Shown one piece after another: positions 27,901-35,222 of a stretch of DNA of 64,000 bases (the stretch's first letter is position 1; the number at the start of each line of letters is the position of its first letter). The notes under the pieces were generated by a model. It ran no database searches, was not told the DNA's origin, and saw only the letters and a list, made by a program, of their open reading frames with translations. The position numbers were made by a program, and so were the translations under genes. Source of the stretch: a virus (lineage: Duplodnaviria > Heunggongvirae > Uroviricota > Caudoviricetes); IMG/VR virus record IMGVR_UViG_2799113095_000002; one strand, written 5' to 3'.

Positions 27901-28202
27901 CCGCGCTGGTCTTCCCACTCGCGCAGGCGATTCCACGCCGTCATCACGAGATGGTTATCCGCGTCTGTAGGTACGCCGTCGAAGATGTGCAGCGCGGTGT
28001 AGCCGGGCGTGAAATAGGTGAGGCCGTGCTGGCTGGAGACCCCGCCGCCGTACGCGTCGCCCTCGATCTCCCACTCAACGACGGGGCCACCGTCCGGCGC
28101 CACAATGACGATGCGCTCGGTGACTGTCGTGTCCGCGATGCGGTGAGCCAGCTGTACCAGACGCCAAGCAACCCAGCGGCGGATACCCAACTCCCGGATC
28201 AT
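27897..28202 (-). CDS. hypothetical protein
   Basis: ORF 27897..28277 trimmed to MIRELGIRRWVAWRL, which overlaps the upstream stop (ATGA). Confidence 0.35.
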   Translation of the reverse strand: MIRELGIRRWVAWRLVQLAHRIADTTVTERIVIVAPDGGPVVEWEIEGDAYGGGVSSQHGLTYFTPGYTALHIFDGVPTDADNHLVMTAWNRLREWEDQRG

Positions 28203-28528
28203 TCGCCCGGCACCTCGGTCCAGCTCGACGCCCAATGCGACATGACCTTCCACGACATAGGGTGCTGTCGCGCGCAATAACGGGCAGTCCCCTCACTGCC
28301 GATGGTCACCTCGTCATCGCCGATCATCTGCGCACCCCATACACGCGTGATTCCCCCGAAGGCTTTGTCTATCTCAGCGGACTGGTGTGCGGTCGCTTCT
28401 CCTACGTTCCCGAATGACTCTTTGCATCCCGTGCAGATGAATTGATCAAGGTACGCAATCCGGTGCTCGCTCAAGACTTCCGACATGAGCTGCTGTGCTT
28501 CGCTTTTCGCAGGACGGCGGTCAGACAC
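28199..28528 (-). CDS. hypothetical protein
   Basis: 109-aa ORF MSDRRPAKSEAQQLMSEV... with normal composition. Confidence 0.45.
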   Translation of the reverse strand: MSDRRPAKSEAQQLMSEVLSEHRIAYLDQFICTGCKESFGNVGEATAHQSAEIDKAFGGITRVWGAQMIGDDEVTIGSEGTARYCARQHPMSWKVMSHWASSWTEVPGE

Positions 28529-28952
28529 CTTGGACCTTCACCCCGATATAGATGGCGCCCGGCGTGAGATCGTCATCCACCAGGGCCATCTCACCAAACA
28601 GGGTTGCCTTGTCCCCCGACTTGGGGTTGTAGGGCGGGACGGACTCACCGTTGAAGAGGACGTGAAGTGTTTTCGCGTCCTCCGGGCACACGTAGATGAA
28701 GCCGTGGACCGGCTGGTTCGTCGCAACCCGTATGTCCCTCAACGTGTCGATGATGCGTGTGACCATGCGTCTCACCGGGTCGCGGCGAGGAATATCAACT
28801 ACCTCCGTCTTTGCGGCGGCAACAGCGGTAGACATCGACCTCATCGCCGCGACGATTTGCGCCAGAGCGAGTTTCAGGTTTCCCGCGTTCAGAGCATCCT
28901 CAGCGCCGTTGACCCAAGAGTCGAAATATTCCAGGGGCTCTGTGTCACTCAT
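28521..28952 (-). CDS. hypothetical protein
   Basis: 143-aa ORF with normal composition. Confidence 0.45.
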   Translation of the reverse strand: MSDTEPLEYFDSWVNGAEDALNAGNLKLALAQIVAAMRSMSTAVAAAKTEVVDIPRRDPVRRMVTRIIDTLRDIRVATNQPVHGFIYVCPEDAKTLHVLFNGESVPPYNPKSGDKATLFGEMALVDDDLTPGAIYIGVKVQGV

Positions 28953-29338
28953 GATTCGACCACAACGATCATCGGCTTGTCAGGCATCATGTCGGCCAAC
29001 TCGGATAACGGGTCGATGTGGGTGTGGTCGTCGTCGGGCAGAGGCGTCACGGCCAGCTCCGCGTCATAGGTGTCCTCCAGACCGGCGAGGTACGCCATAT
29101 ACGCGTTGGCGTCCGGGAGATCGGGTACGGCGATGTCGGCGAGCTGCGGATGCTGTTCCAGCAGCGCTGGTTTGCATTCGCCTGCGGCACGAGGCAACTG
29201 ATGGGTGAACAGGTTGTCGCCGGTCATGAAGTTGAGGAGTTCGTAGATGTCGCCGATATCGCGCGCGAGCATCCGGTCGGTGGTGACGGTCAAGATGGCT
29301 CCGAGGCCGAACATGCGTGAGGTGGGTGTGGTCATCAT
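28949..29338 (-). CDS. hypothetical acidic protein
   Basis: 129-aa ORF; 4-nt overlap downstream. Confidence 0.45.
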   Translation of the reverse strand: MMTTPTSRMFGLGAILTVTTDRMLARDIGDIYELLNFMTGDNLFTHQLPRAAGECKPALLEQHPQLADIAVPDLPDANAYMAYLAGLEDTYDAELAVTPLPDDDHTHIDPLSELADMMPDKPMIVVVES

Positions 29339-29361
29339 TTACTCCAATGTCGATTGGGCAA

Positions 29362-29709
29362 CTAGCGATTTCGCGTGCGCGGCGGCGCTTCGCGTGTGCC
29401 AAACATTCGGCCAACCTGTCGGGAAGTGTTGTCGAAACATCCGGGGCGAGTTTCATACTGGTAGTCGCACTCGACGTCCGTATCGTAGAGATCATCACGC
29501 CCAGCGTGGTAGCGGTACAGCCCGGATACGACACCAAGTTTCTCGCCGGTTTGCGCATCGTAGATGTCATCTCCGACTTGAAGTTTCGATGTTTCACGCA
29601 TCTTCCCGTCCAGCCATTCGCGGCGCGCGTCTATCGCTGCCTGCACTGCCGCGTTCAAGGCATCCAGTTCCGAATGCTCGTCGGCATTCAACGGTCTCTG
29701 GGTCCTCAT
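29362..29709 (-). CDS. hypothetical protein
   Basis: ORF 29362..29757 trimmed to MRTQRPLNADEH (ATGA overlap with the upstream stop). Confidence 0.4.
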   Translation of the reverse strand: MRTQRPLNADEHSELDALNAAVQAAIDARREWLDGKMRETSKLQVGDDIYDAQTGEKLGVVSGLYRYHAGRDDLYDTDVECDYQYETRPGCFDNTSRQVGRMFGTREAPPRTRNR

Positions 29710-30182
29710 CACGCCAGCTCCTCGCTTGTGAAGATCAGAGGTGCGAGCTCGCTCCACGCTTGACCAAGGTCACGACGCAGGAGCTCGATAGACCAATTGG
29801 CCGACCAGTCCCGTATCGGTTTCAAAGCCTCACGGGCAGTGGCGTTCATTGCGTCGGTCATCGTCCGGTAGTACGCGGGACCGCCGTCTTCTTCCACCCA
29901 TGCCCGTTGCGTGGCTTTGATAGCAGGGTCAGACATGGGGTTCTCCAGCGTTCCAGCCCTTGAGGCCTCCAGCGCGGCATTAAGCCGTTTGACAGCAGAC
30001 CTTTTCGCGGCCTCGGTTGGTAGTGACTCGTACCGCTTTAGCCATCTAGCGCCTGCCTCCTCCGCCCCTATGGCATCGGCCAGCTCAGCATCGGTGCGTT
30101 GCTCGGGGTCTGGGAAACATTCAAGTTCACGAGCCCGAGCTACGAGCTTGTCTCGGAATGCACTCGATTCCGTCATCGCCAT
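29709..30182 (-). CDS. hypothetical helical protein
   Basis: 157-aa ORF with an Ala/Glu/Arg-rich helical composition. Confidence 0.45.
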   Translation of the reverse strand: MAMTESSAFRDKLVARARELECFPDPEQRTDAELADAIGAEEAGARWLKRYESLPTEAAKRSAVKRLNAALEASRAGTLENPMSDPAIKATQRAWVEEDGGPAYYRTMTDAMNATAREALKPIRDWSANWSIELLRRDLGQAWSELAPLIFTSEELA

Positions 30183-31030
30183 CTACTTCGACTGACGGCG
30201 ATGTTGTGTGCGTTTCGGATCGCGCCGGAGAGTCGGGCTTCGGACCTGGTACCGCGAGTACGCCAGTGCCGCTGGTACATATCAACCAACCACGTGTTGA
30301 TCCGAACCCAGTCCGGGGTATCCGGCAGAGGCTCGGTCGAGATGAAGTGCTCCAGACTCCAGGTCAGATCCGCGAGCCAGCTCTTCACCTCGGGGAGCGA
30401 GGTCTCGCCGCGCCGAACGCGGAGCAGCGCATCACGATGGGCCTTGACCATCGGCAGGTGCAGCTTCCTCTCCGTGACGAGCTGGATACCCTGCATGCCG
30501 AGGCGCAGGGCGTGATACGCGTACTTGGTGTCGAAACCGTACTGTTCGATGAGTTCGGGCCGGTTGGTGTGCCGGTGATGGGTACCTTCGAGTCCTTCAC
30601 GCTGAGAGTTCAAGTAGCTCAAGAACTTCTGTCCAGCCTGCGTGGTGACGAACATCTCCGAGGCTGCCTGAAGTTCGGCGCCGAGTTGGCTTTTCACCGT
30701 CAGCTCATTGTCGGGTATCCAAAGCATCAGCAGCACTGAGGGATTGCCATTGGCGGCCAGCCGTGTCCACTTCCGCAGGCTGTAGACACACAGATCGAGG
30801 TCGCCGGGGCCGGAGCGGGCGCCGTCCGGTTGGGTGCGGTACATGTACTGCTCGAACTTCTCCAAACCGATTACGGCCTCGGGAGGTTCGATGCAGATGC
30901 CCATTTCGTCGCGGTCGTCGGCGCCGGTCGTGACACCATGCAGGCCGGAGCCGACCTGCCCACGAAGAATCGTGTTCTCGTCCGCGATAGCGCGGTGCCG
31001 CTCCGTGCCGTGGCGTGCTTCTGTACTCAC
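30173..31030 (-). CDS. Pol-beta-superfamily nucleotidyltransferase (GS-x9-DDxDE motif) with a roughly 160-aa C-terminal helical domain
   Basis: LRGQVGSGLHGVTTGADDRDEMGICIEP matches the hG[GS]x9-13 Dh[DE] nucleotidyltransferase signature. GTG start overlaps the upstream small ORF stop. Confidence 0.55.
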   Translation of the reverse strand: MSTEARHGTERHRAIADENTILRGQVGSGLHGVTTGADDRDEMGICIEPPEAVIGLEKFEQYMYRTQPDGARSGPGDLDLCVYSLRKWTRLAANGNPSVLLMLWIPDNELTVKSQLGAELQAASEMFVTTQAGQKFLSYLNSQREGLEGTHHRHTNRPELIEQYGFDTKYAYHALRLGMQGIQLVTERKLHLPMVKAHRDALLRVRRGETSLPEVKSWLADLTWSLEHFISTEPLPDTPDWVRINTWLVDMYQRHWRTRGTRSEARLSGAIRNAHNIAVSRSRWR

Positions 31031-31194
31031 AGTCCACGCTCCAAGTGCTTCTTGAATTGCTTCTTGTCCATGACAATTCCCGTTGTCCAGTCCGGTGTAG
31101 CAATGGTTTTCGCTAGCGCGCAGTCCGTTTCAGTCGTGAACGGGCCAACGTGCTTCCCGTTGAGCCGGTTCACGATATGGAAAGGGCCGCTACT
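31030..31194 (-). CDS. small hypothetical protein (about 54 aa), locally lower GC
   Basis: MSSGPFHIVNRLNGKHVGPFTTETDCALAKT..., found by hand. GTGA overlap with the nucleotidyltransferase start. Confidence 0.3.
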
Positions 31195-31415
31195 CATCGG
31201 GAGGTGGCCGTTCTACCGTCGATGATTTTCTGGATGAGTTGGGGGCTGCACTTCACGGCGGTGGCGAGAGTGGCGTGGGTCCACTTCTCGCGCTCGTTCG
31301 TCCAGAGTTCCCGTACGAGCCGGTCGCGCTGGCTTCGGTGCTGGCTGGCGGAGTCGCGCTCTTCCCCGGCCAGCCGGTGGTGCTCGCGGGCTTGCTGTGC
31401 CCTCGGGTCCATCAA
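31194..31415 (-). CDS. small HTH DNA-binding protein
   Basis: C-terminal WTHATLATAVKCSPQLIQKIIDG looks like a helix-turn-helix. Confidence 0.4.
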   Translation of the reverse strand: MMDPRAQQAREHHRLAGEERDSASQHRSQRDRLVRELWTNEREKWTHATLATAVKCSPQLIQKIIDGRTATSR

Positions 31416-31846
31416 CGTCCCCTGATGTCCACGCGGCGGCGGGATATCTTCTCGATCGCGGTGATGGCTTCCTCTCCGGGGTCTTCGATCTCGAAGATGC
31501 CGTGCTCTGCTGCGTCACGGCCTGACTCGAACAGCGGGACAGGGCTCACATATTCGAATGCGGCCTGTACGTCTTCGGGAGACAGCGCGCCCGTGGCCGC
31601 GCCGATGCGTATCGCAAGTAGTTCCTCGCCGCCGTGGCAGCCGACCCAGCCCGCACAAAGCCGGGCCGCTGCGTCGGCGGCGTCCGTCTGGTGGCACAGG
31701 AACAGGCCGGGCGGCTGCTCCGAGGTGGGGCCGTCGTAGGCGATGAGTTTCTGATACTCGGTGGCATGCCACACGCCGCTGGGTACGTCCTCCCGGTAGG
31801 GGCACGACGCGCAGGGGCGCGGCGCGGGGCCGCCGACCCTGCCCAT
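31412..31846 (-). CDS. Cys/His-containing hypothetical protein co-transcribed downstream of rsr
   Basis: CASCPYR...LFLCHQ...CAGWVGCHGG. ATGA overlap with the rsr stop. Confidence 0.45.
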   Translation of the reverse strand: MGRVGGPAPRPCASCPYREDVPSGVWHATEYQKLIAYDGPTSEQPPGLFLCHQTDAADAAARLCAGWVGCHGGEELLAIRIGAATGALSPEDVQAAFEYVSPVPLFESGRDAAEHGIFEIEDPGEEAITAIEKISRRRVDIRGR

Positions 31847-31848
31847 CG

Positions 31849-33549
31849 TTACAGGTCACCTCGGGCGAAGTCCGAGATGAGCTGCGGTACAGCGCTATCG
31901 AACCCGGACACGTCGAGCTGGCGCGGGTCCGAAGGATCTGCGATGGTCTGCCGACCGCCGGTCATCGCGACCACCATCAGGCTGGTGTCCAGGCTGAGCT
32001 TGTTCCGGTACTCGGTGAGAGCCTGGTGCGGGTGGATACCCCCGTACCAGGTCTCGTTGTCGGTGAGGATCACGATGGCGTCGTAGGGGCGAAGCTGCGC
32101 CTTCGCCCAGATCATGGGGAGCGCGCAGTCGGTAGCGCCCATAGGGAGGCCTGCGGTGTATCGGCACACGTCATCGAGGCGGCGGCGCGGCGTGATGTCC
32201 AACTCCGTGATCCCTGATGAGCGGAAGCTCCCACCGGCCCCGGCGGTGAACCCGATGATGTCGTGGTTGGGCTCCACGTTGGCGGTCACCAGTGCGAGCG
32301 CGGCGGCGGCCTCGCGGCACGTCAGCGGCATACCGGAGATCGCGGCGCTCATGGAGCCGGAGATGTCCAGTGCCAGCAGGGTCCGCTTACCCGAGGGCTC
32401 GACGGCGCCGTAGGCGTTGTAGAACGCGGCGTCGAGCGCGTCAACGATGCGGCGGTTCGGAGTCCAGGTGGACTCACCGCGCGCAGAACGCCCAGAGGCA
32501 TAGGTGCGCTGTGCGACAAGGACATTGATCGGGTGGACGCGGCCCTTTCGTAGCCGGTCTGTGTCCTGGAGCTGCGCGGAGACCCGGCTGCCGAGCTGAC
32601 CGTTCAGCACGCCGAGGCGGGTTAGGCGGGGCAGCTGCCGCATGAGGGCGGTCTGCGGGAGGCCGTGCTCGATCAGCGCCTCCCAGATCGCAGGCTCGGT
32701 GAGGGCCTTGTCGGGGAACGCCTCCCACGGTAGGCCGTTGCCCCGGCGGATGATCGCCAGCCACTCGTTGACGGTGGTGGCACGCTGCGCGGCTTCGTAG
32801 TCCGCGATGATGGCAAGCGGGTGCCCGTCAGCCAGTTCCACATTGGGCAGCTTCGGTAGAGCGGGGTTGCGCTCTCCGGCCTTGAGCTGCTCCGGAGTGA
32901 GGAGCGGCTGCTTCCAGTTGTAGTCGTTGAGCCCCTTGCCGACAGCCCAGTTGAACGCCATGCGGCGTGCGGGGTCGCTGGTGGCGGGGCCGCTGAGCCG
33001 GAGCATGTCGCGGTGGGTCCAGCCGTCACGCTGCCGGTACTTGACCAGCTGGTAGGCGAGCCGGTCCACGGGCTTGTCCAGGTACCAGCTGGAGACGGCG
33101 CGCTTCATCGCCGGTCCCCAGCCCCGGAACTGCTCCATGTACTTGGTGAACAGGTACAGGTGGGTGGCGGTGCGCGCGACTCGGGGCAGTGCGGCGGCGG
33201 CGGCACGGCGGCCTTCCACGTTCTCGGAGGCCGAAGCGATAGCGAGCGCGAACAGGGCCGGGTTCTGCTTGGGGGCGCGTCCGGCCTCGGAGACCTCAAC
33301 GATCTTCTGCACGAGGGTGACGGGATCGGTTGCGGCGAGCCGGATCACGACATCGGCGGCGTCGCGGGTGAGGTCCTCGGCGGAGGTGTAGTAGGTGCCG
33401 CCGGTCGTGCCGAGGGTCAGGAATCGGTGGAGCCGGGTCCAGTCGTCGGCCTGGAAGGTGTAGCCCCCGGCGGCGTTCTTGACCTGGCGCGGGTCCGCCT
33501 TCTGGGCCTGAGGGGTGCGCCGCGTGCTGATCGAGGATAGAACGTCCAC
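31849..33549 (-). CDS. rsr: Ro60/Rsr-like ribonucleoprotein (TROVE domain plus C-terminal vWA domain with MIDAS DxSxS)
   Basis: 566 aa. GTG start with an AGGAG RBS 6 nt upstream. vWA MIDAS LLALDISGSMS...T...D. Size and domain order match bacterial Rsr. A Y-RNA-like array lies immediately upstream. Confidence 0.75.
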   Translation of the reverse strand: MDVLSSISTRRTPQAQKADPRQVKNAAGGYTFQADDWTRLHRFLTLGTTGGTYYTSAEDLTRDAADVVIRLAATDPVTLVQKIVEVSEAGRAPKQNPALFALAIASASENVEGRRAAAAALPRVARTATHLYLFTKYMEQFRGWGPAMKRAVSSWYLDKPVDRLAYQLVKYRQRDGWTHRDMLRLSGPATSDPARRMAFNWAVGKGLNDYNWKQPLLTPEQLKAGERNPALPKLPNVELADGHPLAIIADYEAAQRATTVNEWLAIIRRGNGLPWEAFPDKALTEPAIWEALIEHGLPQTALMRQLPRLTRLGVLNGQLGSRVSAQLQDTDRLRKGRVHPINVLVAQRTYASGRSARGESTWTPNRRIVDALDAAFYNAYGAVEPSGKRTLLALDISGSMSAAISGMPLTCREAAAALALVTANVEPNHDIIGFTAGAGGSFRSSGITELDITPRRRLDDVCRYTAGLPMGATDCALPMIWAKAQLRPYDAIVILTDNETWYGGIHPHQALTEYRNKLSLDTSLMVVAMTGGRQTIADPSDPRQLDVSGFDSAVPQLISDFARGDL

Positions 33550-33573
33550 CGTGAGCTCCTTGCTGGGTTAGGT

Positions 33574-33650
33574 GGCGCGGGCGTGTGAGTGACCGCCGGG
33601 GTTCATCCAGTTTCGAGGTTGGGGTAACCGACCGTCGTCCTGCTCGCGCC
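33574..33650 (-). ncRNA. Y-RNA-like module 1 (minimal: conserved 5-prime and 3-prime boxes only, no tRNA-like domain)
   Basis: On the minus strand it carries the shared boxes GYGAGCAGGACG...GGUCGGUUAYC (5-prime) and CCGGUCA...CACACGCCC (3-prime). Terminal GGCGCG/CGCGCC can pair. Confidence 0.45.
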
Positions 33651-33668
33651 AAAAGGGGGTTCGGGGTG

Positions 33669-33787
33669 ATGTGGGCGTGTATGTGCTGACCGGGATTTCG
33701 CTTTTACACCCGCACCGAGGCGCGAGCGACAGGGGTCGAACCTGCATTACCAATTGAGTGATAACCGACCGAGCGTCCTGCTCACAT
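33669..33787 (-). ncRNA. Y-RNA-like module 2 with tRNA-like D-loop and T-arm elements
   Basis: Minus strand: box GUGAGCAGGACGCUCGGUCGGUUAUC, then CUCAAUUGGUAAUG (D-loop-like), CAGGUUCGACCCCUG (T-arm), and 3-prime box CCGGUCAGCACAUACACGCCCAC. Confidence 0.55.
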
Positions 33788-33821
33788 CGAAAAGCTATGG
33801 AGTTATTGATGATTCGCGTAG

Positions 33822-33966
33822 GTGGTGCGGGCGTGTGATTGCTGACCGGTGTTTTAGGTGCTCTACCAAGCTGAGCTATACGGACGCACTACGCGCCCGC
33901 AGCTGGATTTGAACCAGCGACCACCCGCTCCAGATGCGATAACCGATCCTGCGTCCTGCTCACACC
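33822..33966 (-). ncRNA. Y-RNA-like module 3 (YrlA-type): circularly permuted tRNA-like domain flanked by the conserved terminal boxes
   Basis: Minus-strand order: 5-prime box, T-arm GCUGGUUCAAAUCCAGC, closed acceptor hairpin CGGGCGC-GUAGU-GCGUCCG (7 bp), D-arm UAGCUCAGCUUGGUAGAGCA, 3-prime box CCGGUCAGCAAUCACACGCCC. Confidence 0.6.
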
Positions 33967-33986
33967 ATCTACTACGAAGCCTTGGG

Positions 33987-34122
33987 GATGATGCGGGCGT
34001 GTGTGTGCTGACCGGGGGTAAGCGCTCTACCGACTGAGCTACAACCACTTTCGCGGCTGACGGGACTCGAACCCGCGACCTTTCCATTAGAAGTGGTAAC
34101 CGACCTGCGTCCTGCTCGCATC
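33987..34122 (-). ncRNA. Y-RNA-like module 4 (permuted tRNA-like domain)
   Basis: Minus strand: 5-prime box GCGAGCAGGACGCAGGUCGGUUACC, T-arm GCGGGUUCGAGUCCCGU, acceptor-like hairpin, D-arm GUAGCUCAGUCGGUAGAGCGC, 3-prime box CCGGUCAGCACACACACGCCCGC. Confidence 0.6.
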
Positions 34123-34146
34123 ATCAATGTGAAGTTGTATCCGGGA

Positions 34147-34314
34147 TGGCGTGGGCGTGTGAGGTGCTTACCGGCGTTGATCTTGGATCAATGCATTCGG
34201 CCGCTCTGCCACGTTCCGCCCGATGAAAGCCCGAAGCTCTTTCAAGCAGCCCGGCGGGATTCGAACCCGCGATCTGATGATTTTCAGATAACCGACTCGC
34301 GTCCTGCTCACGCC
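34147..34314 (-). ncRNA. Y-RNA-like module 5 (longest; permuted tRNA-like domain with Ser-type D-arm and extra hairpins)
   Basis: Minus strand: 5-prime box GGCGUGAGCAGGACGCGAGUCGGUUAUC, T-arm GCGGGUUCGAAUCCCGC, extended acceptor hairpin, D-arm GGCAGAGCGGCCGAAUGC, hairpin UUGAUCCAAGAUCAA, 3-prime box CACCUCACACGCCCACGCC. Confidence 0.55.
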
Positions 34315-34334
34315 ATCCATGTTTTTGTTGACTA

Positions 34335-34360
34335 CGCCAAGAACTATACCTCAGTAATGC
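34335..34360 (-). promoter_or_regulatory. candidate promoter (-10 TATAGT on minus strand) for the Y-RNA/rsr transcript
   Basis: AT-richer 150-bp gap between the immunity gene and module 5. The minus strand reads ...GAGGTATAGTTCTTGGCG about 35 nt upstream of module 5. No clear -35. Confidence 0.25.
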
Positions 34361-34472
34361 CTGTTCAGGGCATATTTTTTGAGGAAATGTTGATTCGCTG
34401 GAAGGTGACTCCCGTACCGGGGAAAGTATGCCGTCGAGGCCCTCGACCTGGCTACCGAATATCGGTGCCAGC

Positions 34473-35222
34473 TCAGTGAGGTACTTCGTCTAGGCCGTTC
34501 TCGCGGAGGGTCGCGGTGACCGCCTCCACGACGCGCGTAGCGGGCCAGTCGTCGGGCGCGGAGATCAGGGTGCCCCCGGCCAGCTCGGTCTTTGTGAGAA
34601 GGTCAACGAGATGGTCAATCTCGCCGACTTCCTTGCTGATCCAGGTGCGGTATCCGGCACCGATCTTCCAATTGTTGCGCCGAGCAAGGCGCATTGCCGC
34701 AAGATCAGTGAGGGTGAAAGTGGCGGGCTGCCAGGTTGAAGCCACAGCGGCGCACACCTTGTCGCCAACCTCGCTAGAGACGCCGCCCGGCGCGGTCTCG
34801 GTCAGGTCGATGTGGAGGTTGTGCGCCGGCAGTCTCCCGCCGAGACCGATAGACCCCGCACCGATGAAGACCTTGGCAGTGATGGCAGGACCGACGCCCT
34901 TCAGGACGATCGAGTACCCCTCCCTGGGGAGAGCATCGCCGCTGGCGCCGTCAGGGAGTGCTTCGCGCACCGGGCAGCTCCGAACGATGTCGGCCAATGC
35001 CTCGCTGGGCCCAGCCCAAGTCTCCCAGTGGTGCCCCTTCGGGATGTCCCACTGCGCGATTCCCAGATCCGTTCCTAGCTGCGTCAGCAGCGCATCGGTG
35101 CGCGCCGCGATCCATTCGGGTGATTCGCCGGTCGCGACCCAGAACGCGTTCACGAACGACTCTCTCGCCCAGACGGGAGACGCGTTGGTTGGCCCGTTCA
35201 CAGCATCGAATTCTACGGTCAT
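34473..35222 (-). CDS. putative immunity protein of the polymorphic toxin system
   Basis: 249-aa ORF whose ATG overlaps the toxin stop (ATGA). Assigned by the toxin/immunity gene-order convention only. Confidence 0.45.
   Translation of the reverse strand: MTVEFDAVNGPTNASPVWARESFVNAFWVATGESPEWIAARTDALLTQLGTDLGIAQWDIPKGHHWETWAGPSEALADIVRSCPVREALPDGASGDALPREGYSIVLKGVGPAITAKVFIGAGSIGLGGRLPAHNLHIDLTETAPGGVSSEVGDKVCAAVASTWQPATFTLTDLAAMRLARRNNWKIGAGYRTWISKEVGEIDHLVDLLTKTELAGGTLISAPDDWPATRVVEAVTATLRENGLDEVPH

Noticed and set aside
33574-34314. Possible CRISPR array (regular repeats separated by variable sequence)
   Set aside because: The repeat boxes are imperfect (about 70-85% identity). The units are 77-168 nt with structured tRNA-like interiors. 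No cas genes are present. A Ro60-like gene is adjacent. The Y-RNA interpretation fits better.
33822-34314. Bona fide phage tRNA genes
   Set aside because: T-arm and D-arm sequences are canonical but occur in permuted order (T-arm, acceptor hairpin, D-arm). No anticodon arm is present, so they cannot be standard tRNAs.
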